This document shows, piece by piece, positions 12,238-24,538 of a stretch of 64,000 nucleotides of DNA. Where the stretch lies: contig NC_086107.1 in the NCBI RefSeq assembly GCF_963921235.1, forward strand, positions 106,890,001 through 106,954,000, given 5' to 3'. The translations under genes were made by a program, and so were the position numbers. The notes under the pieces were generated by a model that was not told the DNA's origin, did no database searches, and saw nothing but the letters and a program-made list of their open reading frames with translations. This stretch comes from Mobula hypostoma. Taxonomy: Eukaryota. The stretch's first letter is position 1; every line of letters begins with the position of its first letter.

Positions 12238-15200
12238 TACTGTGGATTCCGGTTAATTGGGGCACATTGGAATCAGTATATTCTGGCCCAATTATGCGGC
12301 TGCTCCAATTAGCTGATGTTTCATGGAAAGAAAGGTATAAAAAAGACAAACTACCTTCTAACCGGGTAACAAATTATGTATGTAAGTGAAATACAGAACA
12401 AATTAGAACACAATTAATACTATTACAGTACTATAAACATAGAAACATAGAAAATAGGTGCAGGAGTAGGCCATTCGGCCCTTCGAGCCTGCACCGCCAT
12501 TTATTATGATCATGGCTGATCCTCCAACTCAGAACCCCGCCCCAGCCTTCCCTCCATACCCCCTGACCCCCGTAGCCACAAGGGCCATATCTAACTCCCT
12601 CTTAAATATAGCCAATGAACTGGCCTCAACTGTTTCCTGTGGCAGAGAATTCCACAGATTCACCACTCTCTGTGTGAAGAAATTTTTCCTAATCTCGGTC
12701 CTAAAAGGCTTCCCCTCTATCCTCAAACTGTGGCCCCTCGTTCTGGACTTCCCCAACATCGGGAACAATCTTCCTGCATCTAGCCTGTCCAATCCCTTTA
12801 GGATCTTATACGTTTCAATCAGATCCCCCCTCAATCTTCTAAATTCCAACGAGTACAAGCCCAGTTCATCCAGTCTTTCTTCATATGAAAGTCCTGCTAT
12901 CCCAGAAATCAATCTGGTGAACCTTCTTTGTACTCCCTCTATGGCAAGGATGTCTTTCCTCAGATTAGGGGACCAAAACTGCACACAATACTCCAGGTGT
13001 GGTCTCACCAAGGCCTTGTACAACTGCAGTAGTACCTCCCTGCTCCTGTACTCGAATCCTCTCGCTATAAATGCCAGCATACCATTCACCTTTTTCACCG
13101 CCTGCTGTACCTGCATGCCCACTTTCAATGACTGGTGTATAATGACACCCAGGTCTCATTGCACCTCCCCTTTTCCTAATCGGCCACCATTCAGATAATA
13201 ATCTGTTTTCCTATTTTTGCCACCAAAGTGGATAACTTCACATTTATCCACATTAAATTGCATCTGCCATGAATTTGCCTACTCACCCATCCTATCCAAG
13301 TCACCCTGCATCCTCTTAGCATCCTCCTCACTGCTAACACTGCCACCCAGCTTCGTGTCATCTGCAAACTTGGAGATGCTGCATTTAATTCCCTCATCCA
13401 AGTCATTAATATATATTGTAAACAACTGGGGTCCCAGCACTGAGCCTTGCGGTACCCCACTAGTCACTGCCTGCCATTCTGAAAAGGTCCCCTTTATTCC
13501 CACTCTTTGCTTCCTGTCTGCTAACCAATTCTCCACCCACACCAATACCTTACCCCCAATACTGTGTGCTTTAAGTTTGCACACTAATCTCCTGTGTGGG
13601 ACCTTGTCAAAAGTCTTTTGAAAATCCAAATATACCACATCCACTGGTTCTCCCCTATCCACTCTACTAGTTACATCCTCAAAAAATTCTATGAGATTCG
13701 TCAGACATGATTTTCCTTTCACAAATCCATGCTGACTTTGTCCGATCATTTCACCGCTTTCCAAATGTGCTGTTATCACATCCTTGATAACTGACTCCAG
13801 CAGTTTCCCCACCACCGACGTTAGGCTAACCGGTCTATAATTCCCTGGTTTCTCTCTCCCTCCTTTTTTAAAAAATGGAGTTACATTAGCCACCCTCCAA
13901 TCCTCAGGAACTAGTCCAGAATCTAATGAGTTTTGAAAAATTATCACTAATGCATCCACTATTTCTTGGGCTACTTCCTTAAGCACTCTAGGATGCAGAC
14001 CATCTGGCCCTGGGGATTTATCTGCCTTCAGTCCCTTCAATTTACCTAACACCACTTCCCTACTAACATGTATTTCGCTCAGTTCCTCCATCCCACTGGA
14101 CCCTCTGTCCCCTACTATTTCTGGAAGATTATTTATGTCCTCCTTAGTGAAGACAGAACCAAAGTAATTATTCAATTGGTCTGCCATGTCCTTGCTCCCC
14201 ATAATCAATTCACCTGTTTCTGTCTGCAGGGGACCTACATTTGTCTTTACCAGTCTTTTCCTTTTTACATATCTATAAAAGCTTTTACAGTCCGTTTTTA
14301 TGTTCCCTGCCAGTTTTCTCTCATAATCTTTTTTCCCCTTCCTAATTAAGCCCTTTGTCCTCCTCTGCTGAACTCTGAATTTCTCCCAGTCCTCAGGTGA
14401 GCCACTTTCTCTGGCTAATTTGTATGCTTCTTCTTTGGAATTGATACTATCCCTAATTTCTCTTGTCAGCCACGGGTGCACTACCTTCCTTGATTTATTC
14501 TTTTGCCAAACTGGGATGAACAATTGTTGTAGTTCATCCATGCAACCTTTAAATGCTTGCCATTGCATATCCACCGTCAATCCTTTAAGTGTCATTTGCT
14601 AGTCTATCTTAGCTAATTCACGTCTCATACCTTCAAAGTTACCCCTCTTTAGGTTCAGAACCTTTGTTTCTGAATTAACTATGTCACTCTCCATCTTAAT
14701 GAAGAATTCCACCATATTATGGTCACTCTTACCCAAGGGGCTTCTCACGACAAGATCGCTAATTAACCCTTCCTCATTGCTCAAAACCCAGTCCAGAATA
14801 GCCTGCTCTCTAGTTGGTTCCTCGACATGTTGGTTCAAAAAACCATCCCGCATACATTCCAAGAAATCCTCTTCCTCAGCACCTTTACCAATTTGGTTCA
14901 CCCAATCTACATGTAGATTGAAGTCACCCATTATAACTGCTGTTCCTTTATTGCACACATTTCTAATTTCCTGTTTAATACCATCTCCGACCTCACTACT
15001 ACTGTTAGGTGGCCTGTACACAACTCCCACCAGCGTCTTCTGCCCCTTAGTGTTACGCAGCTCTACCCATATCGATTCCACATCTTCCCGGCTTATGTCC
15101 TTCCTTTCTATTGCGTTAATCTCTCCTTTAACCAGCAACGCCACCCTACCTCCCCTTCCTTCATGTCTATCCTTCCTGAATATTGAATATCCCTGAACGT

Positions 15201-15926
15201 TGAGCTCCCATCCCTGGTCACCCTGGAGCCACGTCTCTGTGATCCCAACTATATCATAATCATTAATAACAATCCGCACTTTCAATTCATCCACCTTATT
15301 ACCTATAAAGCTGTGTATTAATTCCTGATAATTATCAACAGAGAAATTCATCTGTTGCGTTCTTTTGATTGAGTGTAAATGAACAAAATCAGTGTAGACA
15401 TCTAGTGCAGGAAATGGACTGCCTTTATATAATTATATTGATGATTGCATCCTCCTAATCTTCATTTTCATTGTAACATTCAAGATGATTGTCGATACCT
15501 TCAGATATTCCATAGTTCCTAACTTGTTGAAGTAGTGAAGTTGCTACGTCTTCACTCCCATTCATTTTAAGCTTCTCCAGGCCTGAAATGCTTGAAGCTG
15601 CAGTGAGCAGAACAGTTCTGAATTGTCTTACTGTTTATTTCTCCCCTACCTTTGGTGATAAAAATAACTGCATTTTGAATAGTAATATGTACGTCTAACG
15701 CTATTTAAAAACCATTTGCTCTACACACTGGGTAGTGTCTAAGAGCTGCACGAGTGCATGCGTCTAACGCTAGTTGGAAGCTGTTCGACAACAATCTCCT
15801 GCCCCAATTAAGCAGCATTGTGTCCCTAATAAACAAAGGGAATCCCAGCTATTTTCTCAATTGTCTTTTGTTCTTTAAGAGTTGTCCCAATTAACCAACA
15901 GCCCAATTAATCACAATCCATTGTAT
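12238..15926. mobile_element. Tigger-like DNA transposon remnant split by a CR1 insertion
   Basis: Degenerate TIRs ta-ctgtggattccggttaattgggg (12238) and gcccaattaatcacaatccattg-ta (to 15926). Confidence 0.65.
12438..15302 (-). mobile_element. Young 5'-truncated CR1 LINE, ORF2 (APE + RT) with in-frame stops
   Basis: Collinear ORFs 14599-15351, 13279-14595 and 12529-13128 (ITETWL, GDFN, QGSVLGP, FADDTK). (TTCTATGT)n 3' tail. 7-bp TSD CTATAAA at 12431-37 and 15303-09. Confidence 0.97.
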
Positions 15927-16039
15927 TTCAAAATCAAACTCGGTAGTGCACGGTGACATATACAGTACATACTTTGAAAATAACTTTACTTTGAACTTTA
16001 TTTAAGAACCTTCTTGAAGATGAGGAATGGCAGTAGGTT

Positions 16040-16610
16040 TTAGACCATAAGACTTAGGAGCAGAATTAAGCTATTCGGCCCATCACATGTACTCTGCCAT
16101 TCCATCATGGCTGATATATTATCCCTCTCAGCCCCATTCTCCTGCCTTCTCCCCATTACTTTTGATAACCTATCAACCTCCGCTTTAAATATTCTCAATG
16201 ACTTGGCAATGAATTCAGCTGATTCACCACTCTCTGGCTAAAGAAATTCCTCCTCATCTCCGTTCTAAGTGGGCGTGCCTCAATTCTGAGGCTGTGCCCT
16301 CTGGTCCTAGACTCCCCCACCATCAGAAACATCGACTCTATTCTAGGCCTTACAATATTCGTTAGGTTTCAATGGGATCTCTTCTCATTCTTCCAAACTC
16401 CAGTGAGTACAGGCCCAGAGCCATTAAATGCTCTCCATACGTTAACCCTTTCATTCCCTGCATCATTCTCATGCCAACACATTCTTTCTTAGACAAGGGC
16501 CCTAAAACTGTTCACAATACTCCAAGTGTGGTCTGACTAATGCTTTACAAAGCCTCTGCAAAACATCCTTGCTTTTATACCTTAGTCCTCTTGAAATGAA
16601 TGCTTCCTTT
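16040..16610 (-). mobile_element. CR1 3' fragment
   Basis: Same CR1 3' signature as 4360-4960. Confidence 0.85.
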
Positions 16611-16629
16611 CTCACTATTGAATGTTGAG

Positions 16630-17760
16630 ACTAGTGGGGACAAGGGAAGTCCTCACCTTGTTCTGGCAGGACAGAGGGTGAGAGTGAAATAGAGGAGATG
16701 TTGTCAAGTACTTGTTAGTTATTGTGTATACCATGGTTAAGGAAAAAGTAAGGCATCTAAAAGGCACTGATGTGGAAAAGACTTAGTAGTCAACACAATT
16801 GTGAGTGCTCACAGGTATCTCTACATCTCCTCTTATTCTGTTTCCAGTGAGGACTTCATTCCATTCTCCTACTTTCTCAGTCCTATCTGCTCAGGTGACA
16901 AGACTTTCCAAATCAGTGCCTTTGGGACGTCTCCCTTTTTTTTAAACTGACTTTCCCTTTACCATATTTATCATGCTTTCAGTTGCCTCTTCCCTATTTC
17001 CTGCTCATCTACTCTTTCCCCTCTCCTCCCAGATAGAAAAAGGACTAGAATTCTCCTTGTCCTCACCACCCCTTCAACCATTCACATTCGGTAGATTGTC
17101 TAAATTTCCAGCACCTCCACCAGGCCTCCATGGTCCACCAGTTATTCCTCACTGCACTTCCTCTTGCATCTGTGGCAGTTGCAATGGCTGTGCTTTGCCT
17201 CCTCTCTTCTCACCATACAGGGACCAAAGCATCCCTTCCAGGTGAAGCAGCACTTTCACTGCCTTCACTTTCATATATTGGATTTGGCGTTCACAGTGTA
17301 GTCTCATCTGTATTGGAGATTGGGCCAATGCTCTGTCCAACAACTTGTTTAGTCCATAAGAGTGACCCTGAGCTCCTGGTCATCTGTAACTTTACTTCTT
17401 CATCCCCCTATCTCACTTCTGACCTCTCTGTCCTTCACCAACTATGTTGCTGTGGCGATACCCAGCATAAGCTTGAGGAGCCTCATCTTTCTACTTGGCA
17501 TGTCACAACCCAACTTATAGAGAAACCCAGCTTTGTCCCACAGATGCAGCAGTGTCTTAGATTCAACTTGCTTTGCCTTATTTTGTTTTATCTGCCAGTT
17601 TTCAACTATTTGTTACCTTGACAATGTTGCTCTGCATCCTATCACAGACATTCTCGACACCTCCCCCTCAATTCAGTTAAAAATAGCTTCTCACTTTGCT
17701 GGTTCTGATGAAGAATTTTGATCCAAAGTATTGCCCCTATTTCTGTCCCCAAAGTTCAAA
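16630..17760 (+). mobile_element. Old degenerate Penelope-like element
   Basis: Decayed similarity to 6950-7875 (tccttccaggtgaagcagcact, gcttgaggagcctcatc). Degenerate hammerhead ctgatgaagaa at ~17705. Confidence 0.6.
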
Positions 17761-18209
17761 GTAAATTTATTATCAAAGTACATATATGTCACTATCTACA
17801 ACACTGAGATTCATTTTCTTGTGGGCAATCACGATACAATCAATGAAAGACCACACCCACCAAGACAGACAGCAGTGATACTGCCTGATCCGCTTAGCAC
17901 TTCCAGCATTCTTAATTTTGTTCTAAATTTTCAAAATCTGCAGATTTTTGTTCCAACTAGAGAACGTTTTTCTCCTCACAACAAAGGAAAAAGAACAAAA
18001 GAAAATTTAGATGTTAGACTTCTCAATTAAAAGCAGAAAATGTTGGAAATGATGGGGAAGACTACCTCTGCAGGGAATAAAGTTCTTAGAAGACGAGGGA
18101 GCTATAAAGATCTTTAACGCTCATATTGGTTTCGACTTGGAGGCATATGGAGGGATTCTGTCATGTTTGGGAGAATCCTAAACTGCTGATCTTAAAATCA
18201 AAAGAAGTT

Positions 18210-18745
18210 GTAAGACGATAAGATATAGAAGCAGAATTAGGCCATTTGGCCCATTGAGTCTGCTCTGCCATTTCATCATGGCTGGTCCATTTTCCCTCTC
18301 AGCCCCAATCTCCTGTCTTCTCCCCATATCCCCTCATGCCCTGACTAATCAAGAATCTATCAACCTCTAGCTTAAATATACCCAATGCTGCCTGTGGCAA
18401 AGAATTCCACAGATTCACCACTCTCTGGCTAAAGAAATTCCTCCTCATCTCTGCTCTAAAAGGATGCCCCTCTATTCTGAGATTGTGTCCTCTGGTTTTA
18501 GGCTCCCCCACTAGAGGAAACATCCTCTCCACATCCACTCTATCATGTCCTTTCAACATCTGATAGCTTTCAATGAGGTCCCCCCACCACCCCATTCTTC
18601 TGAATTCAGTGAGGAGAGGCCCAGAGCCATCAAACACTCTCATATGACAAGCCTTTCAGTTCTGGAATCATTTTTTGTGAACTCTTTCCAAAGTCAGCAC
18701 ATCCTTTCTTAGATGAAGGGCCCAAAACTGCTCCCCATATCGAGG
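18210..18745 (-). mobile_element. CR1 3' fragment
   Basis: ORF 18299-18643: GDLIESY...RRNFFSQRVVNLWNSLP. Confidence 0.9.
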
Positions 18746-19121
18746 CCCTTCCTGGGTTATGAATGGGTTCTGTTTTTACAGCTATCCATAAGGTGAATTT
18801 GACCATGTCCAAAATGACTGGATATGGTAAACATATCTGTAATGGATGCCATCAGCAGCTCTTAAGAATGTTAAGGAAGAACAATTACTGTAAGTGAGAG
18901 AAAGGGAAAAGCATTTCTGCCGTTGTAGAAATGAACGTTTGTTATATACCTTGGAGCTTTAAATCTAATAATATTATAGGAGCTCCTACATATAGAGTCA
19001 CATAAAAATACAACACACAAACAGCCATTTGGCCCATCTAGTCTGTGCTGAACCATTTAAACTACCAACTCCCATCCACTTGCACCGGGATCATAGCCCT
19101 CCATACCCCTACCATCCATGT

Positions 19122-19518
19122 AGTAGTCATAGTCATACTTTATTGATCCCGGGGGAAATTGGTTTTTGTTACAGTTGCACCATAAATAATTAAATAGTAA
19201 TAAAACCATAAATAGTTAAATAGTAATATGTAAATTATGCCAGGAAATAAGTCCAGGACCAGCCTATTGGCTCAGGGTGTCTGACCCTCCAAGGGAGGAG
19301 TTGTAAAGTTTGATGGCCACAGGCAGGAATGACTTCCTATGACGCTCTGTGTTGCATCTCGGTGGAATGAGTCTCTGGCTGAATGTACTCCTGTGCCCAC
19401 CCAGTACATTATGTGGTGGATGGGAGGCACTGTCTAAGATGGCATGCAACTTAGACAGCATCCTCTTCAGACACCACTGTGAGAGAGTCCAGTTCCATCC
19501 CCACAATATCACTGGCCA
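19122..19518 (-). mobile_element. Rex/Babar-type LINE 3' end inserted into a CR1 tail (host 18995-19700)
   Basis: ORF 19264-19512: HPPHN...RCNTERHRKSFLPVAIKLYN. Reverse strand has AATAAA followed by a (TATGAC)n tail. Confidence 0.8.
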
Positions 19519-20298
19519 CTTGTGCTGGCAGCTCGTTTCACACTCTCACGACCCTCCGAGTGATGAGGTTTCCCCTCATGTTCACCTTAAACTTTTCACC
19601 TTTCGCCCCTAAGCCATGACCTCTGGGTGTAGTCCCACCCAACCTCAGTGGAAACAGCCTGCTTGCATTTACCCTATCTATACCCCTCATAATAAGTAGG
19701 AGTGCCCACTAAGTCAGGCATTCTTAACCTGGGGACTGCTTACATACTCGAAGCGTTGTAGATTTGAACAAGCTGCTATGTTATAATTGCATTTCCTACA
19801 TTGCTAAAACTTGCTGGGACATTCAGTAGGTGTGGCGATGGAATTAGCAAGAAATAGAAGCAAAACTAGGACATTCAGTCCCTCACCAAGATCAGTTCAG
19901 CAAAATCACGGCCAATCCTGTACGTCAAGTTCAGGTTTGTACCAATCTCTGCAATTTTGATTTCCCTTAGCTGTGAGTGAGTATGCTCAGACACTGAGCG
20001 ATCCTCTTCCTGCTACCGTAGTTTTGGAAACAGGGATGGTTAAATCGGCAAGCCCTCCTTCACATGCTGGGGGGAGGTGATATCTGGTTGTTAGTTCTCC
20101 TTCCACATAATACATGTTAAATTGCCTTAGATTCCTATGAAACAGATTCCTATGGAACATGAAGTCTGGTTGCCCGTGGGGTTGCAATATTCTGTTGGGT
20201 TGTGCCCCACTAATGTGCTTATTAGGTTCGGTGTTAAAAGTTATTTCAGGGGAGCGTGCGAATCACGCATTCTAATCATGAATTGCTTTTAAACTAAG

Positions 20299-20317
20299 CT
20301 GCCCCTAGATGGCAGCA
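20299..20317 (+). promoter_or_regulatory. Candidate CTCF site
   Basis: ctgCCCCTAGATGGCAGca matches the CTCF core CCNCYAGRKGGCRG, in non-repeat sequence. Confidence 0.45.
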
Positions 20318-20786
20318 AAGAGTGGCTTTCAGTTGCGGGTGACCGCAAGGGTAATGTTTTAATCAATATTGAAAGGTAGATTGAGTGGACGTGGGGAGGA
20401 TGTTTCTTACAGTGGGGGAGTCTAGGACTAGAGAGCATAGCCCCAGAATAGAGGGACGTCCCTTTAGAACAGAGTTGAGGAGGAATTTGTTCAGCCAGAG
20501 GGTGGTGAATCTGTGAAATTTATTGCCGCGGACGGCTATGGAGGCCAAGTCATTGGGTATATTTAAAGAGGAGATTGATAGGTTCTTGATTAGTAAGGGC
20601 GTCAAAGGTTACGGGGGGAAGGCAGGAGAATGGGGGTTGAGAGGGATAATAAATCAGTTATGATGGAATGGTGGAACAGACTGGATGGGCCGATTAGCCT
20701 AATTCTGCCCCTATGTTTTATGGTCATATATATATAAGCATGTAGAAACATGAAACAGCAAATAATGTCGAAGTCTGTGTTTAGTG

Positions 20787-20831
<45 letters not shown>

Positions 20832-22512
20832 GCTGCGCTAAACACAGACTTAGACATTATTATTTGCCGACATTATTTGCTGTTTCACGTTTCCACATGC
20901 TTTTTCATTTGGGGTGCAGGAGCCTTCGCATGAAACACTCACTGGGCAGGTACAGGTATAAATTCACTCTACCTGTCCCACCAAACAGTCCCACATCAGG
21001 GGCATCACGGGTTAAATACAGAATACCCTCTTTACACAAGTTCATCAAACACTTCCAGGTCGTGTACAGGGGCAGGCTATGCAAAATAAAACTCCCTCTA
21101 CGTGGTCACACGAAAACTGCTTCTTCCCCGGGTCCCTCACTCGGATGTACCAGGGGTCCGCTGGCTGTGGCGCCTGAACTCGATTGACAGCTTACTTGCC
21201 ACTTCATGATGTGCTCTTGGGACTCGCAAATTAATTGCAGCGCAGGACTATTTGCGTTGCCTTCCACCAAGAGAACGGAGTCCCTCGTCTCGACTCCGCA
21301 CGCAGAAAGGCGAATTCTTTAGGCGAAGGTAGAAAGGGGGAAATTCAGCAGTGGGCGTGGATAAAACTCGGCTCGATTTCCACACTGACTGAACCAGCCT
21401 GGAAGGTCAACGGGACAATTAATTGATAAACATTTGGCACAAATATTTCAGTCAGATTTGTGCCTTTCTCCAAGCTCCTTGGCTTCGCCCCACCGTGTCC
21501 CGGTTTCTCTCAAGAATATATTTGACGGGAGTTATTTTTACAAACAGCCCTCCAATCTGCGAGGAGCTTCTGCGATGACCCACTGAAATGCCGCACTTTA
21601 TGACAATGATCATACTTGTTCCTCCTCCCCCGCCCTCTGTAGTCATTAGAATAGTCTCCCAAAAGAGTGGAGATACGCCTCCACCAAAGGAGGTGTAGAA
21701 CGCTCCTTCCCTCCGCTGGCCTGAGGTCACCCTTGGGCAAGGTGTGGAACCTGCTTAGCTTCCCGACCAGGGTCACATGAAGCCAAGGGAGCAGGTGGTG
21801 GACGGTCGTATGAGCAGCCCGTGCAGATCACAAGTCCTGGTTATGTGATCACTACCGCCAGGCAGACAGTCTCTGAAGAGTATTGATAATGGCTGGGGTC
21901 ACCCGTCTTGTAAAGGCACTGCCCAGAAGGCAGCGATGGCAAACCATTTCTGTAGAAAAAAATTGCCCAGAACGGTCAAGGTCATGGAAAGACCATGATT
22001 GCCCACGTCATAGGACAAGACATTTCAGAAGGAGACCCTTCATCCGGACAGATAAAAAGGGAAATAAAGTAAAGCCCACCTCTTACGAGTCCCCCAAAAT
22101 TTACAAATTATTTCTTATCAGAGTAGAGGGAAGATTGTCATTATTAAGAGGCGGGCTTTACTATATCTCTCCTTTATCAGTCCAGATTCCGAAATGTCGG
22201 CAGTCCATTTCCCTCCATGGATGCTTCCTGACCTGCGGAGTTTCTACCCACTTGTTATACTGGCCGCTTCCTCCGGATTTCAGGATGGACCGGACACATC
22301 GACCGGCCATTTCCCGCCTGACCCCTTGAGTCCCTCCAGTAACTCTTTATTTTGCTGCAGGTTCCAGCACTAATGATTTTGATAATGCTACTTCTAGAGC
22401 CTTGCTGAGGTACGAACGCCTGACTTACACCCATACGAAGGAGCAAGCTGCAAAAATCGAAGGCTGGCTGGAGCAGAGCAGAACCGGGAGCATGAGCAGA
22501 CTCGCTCGCTGA
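20309..22512 (+). CDS. Hypothetical 93-aa three-exon ORF (20309-20350, 21241-21328, 22361-22512)
   Basis: GT-AG boundaries with consistent phases (0/0, 1/1) and no stops. No recognised homology; may be coincidental. Confidence 0.25.
20365..20728 (+). mobile_element. CR1 3' fragment
   Basis: tttagaacagagttgaggaggaatttgttcagccagagggtggtgaatc followed by the CR1 tail. Confidence 0.85.
20790..20829. repeat. (CA)n microsatellite (similar tracts at 35495-35542, 37940-37969, 40192-40225, 41014-41053)
   Basis: Direct inspection. Confidence 0.98.
21660..22035 (+). mobile_element. RTE-related short non-autonomous element (second copy on - at 34200-34715)
   Basis: Two recognisably similar copies. BovB/RTE-like gatggcaaaccatttctgtag segment near the 3' end. 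Confidence 0.7.
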
Positions 22513-23599
22513 ATCCCGGAGGCTGGCTGGCGGCTGCTCTCCCGTCACCGCGGTTTCTGCGGTTCTCCCCCATGCACAGGTTTCGTTCATTCCTGACTCA
22601 CGAACGATTTGGGATACGAACCCCTTGCTAACCCTGTACTGCTAATATAACTACAACGTGATCTACCTTGGAGAGCATTCTAACTGGCCCGGTGTGGAGC
22701 CGATGCACAGAATCAGACAAATCCGTCATAGGTCCTAGCCTTCCAGGCATCGACGACATCTTCAAAGGCAATGCCTCAAAAAGCAAAGGAACCCAGTCGA
22801 ACCCATTAAAACAAAAGAAGATCATGACCACCCACGTGCAGAGCGGAGAAAAAAAATATCAATCATGCAAACAGTAACAGTGAGCAAATAGCACTCGGAA
22901 CTGAAGTTAACGAAAGTAAGTTAGTTGCAGGCCACAACCTCTGTTCAGTTCGGAGACGAGTAGAGCTCGTGGAACAGCGAGCTGGAGTTCAGTGCAGGGA
23001 TGAGTGTATGTGTGTGCATGTGCAAAAAGAGCAAAAACATTGAGATGGCGTTCATGGGTTCATTGTCGGCGCAGAAAGCAGCCAACAGAGGGGAAGAAGC
23101 TGTTCCTAAAACATTGAGTGTGTGTCTTCAGGCTCCTGTACCTTCTCTCTAATGGTAGTAATAAGAAAAGAGCACATCCTGGGCGATGGGGGTCCATAAT
23201 GATGGATGCCTCCTAACTCAGCTGCTTCTGACTCCCAACTCCATTCCTCCCTCCTCCCCCCTCACCCACCTTGTTCCTTTTGCCCATCGTGCTTCACTCC
23301 TCCAATCAGCTACCTGCCCCTAGTCTCAAATCCACCCTCCCATATCCTTTTTATGCCATCTATCTCCCCCCCCCAATCCTGAGGCAGACACCCGACACAA
23401 AGCATCAACAATTCCTTCTCACCACACCGTCCTTCCCCCTTCCCCCTTCCCCACAGATGTTTCCTCAAGATTCAAGATCGGTTAACGTTATTTCCAGTAC
23501 ACAAGTGTAAAGGGAAATGAAATAATTGTTACTGATGCAACCCCAAAAAAACACAATAATAATAAAAACACAATAAACATAAATACATACGATACTTTA

Positions 23600-24039
23600 A
23601 GTTGTGATGTGAACAAATTCATCAGAGCTAGTGGATATGAAAGTGTTTATTTAACAAAAACAAGCAGCAGGCATCGTAACTCAAGACGCTCTTGGAAGAA
23701 GAGGCCTGCTCAACTCAATCTTACATTGAAGATTTTTATATGCTAAAGATAAAAGGTAACAGCAGGGCGATTCTATAGTTACAATATGTCTACAATGCTT
23801 CCTTTGAATTACACGTAATTTTCAAACACCAGCCCCCTTCGCACCCAGACTCCAGACACCCAAAATGAACATTAATCCCCACTGACTCTTGACTGCATTT
23901 ATGCACATGCAGGCATCTGAAGCTAATTGTTCTGGGCTTTGTTTTAAATTCAATCTGCAATCCTCATTCAAATCTGAAGATAGGTTGCTGGAGGAATTAA
24001 TATTAGCTATATACCCTAATTCCAGAATATGCCCTAGCA
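23600..24039. mobile_element. Degenerate solo LTR related to 46011-46669
   Basis: Shares blocks ttctatagttacaat and aattcaatct..aatcc..attca.atctgaagat...ccctagca with the 46011 element. Ends in CA. Confidence 0.55.
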
Positions 24040-24524
24040 CCTTCTATATAAAGATTAATTATATGCTCATAGAGTGACACTAGGCACAGGAGTGCCTGTC
24101 CGTACACTAGGTGAGTGACAGGAAATGATAACCTGCAGAGTTTCCTAAGCAGTTTGTTATTTTTTGTTGTATATTACTAGACAGTCTTTTTATCTTTATA
24201 TTTCTCTCTTGTTTGAGCATAACGTTCTCTGTGTGCTTTTCGTCCCAACCCATTTTTCATAATCTATAGCACTGTTTTACTGCCATGTCCTGTACTTTTC
24301 TCACCCATCCTTTGCCAGGCTCTGACCCGAAGCCCTTACCCACTACTCTTTCTCAGCCTGTGTGCCTGGCCTTGCCATCTCTCCCAGGCCGTGGCCTAGC
24401 TCTAGGCTCCAGCCCCCTTGTTCATTAGCCTCCACCCCACCCACCCCCCATCTCATGTTGCCTTCACATCACAAACCACACAGCGCACGAAAGAGCAAAG
24501 GACAGCAAGAGCTTCCAAAGCTTT

Positions 24525-24538
24525 GTTGCCATGGAAAC
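24525..24538. promoter_or_regulatory. RFX X-box
   Basis: GTTGCCATGGAAAC, one base from the palindromic consensus GTTGCCATGGCAAC. Confidence 0.5.

Noticed and set aside
12506..13198. 230-aa antisense ORF (and its twin at 49895-50587)
   Set aside because: Antisense shadow of CR1 ORF2. It is duplicated only because the element is.
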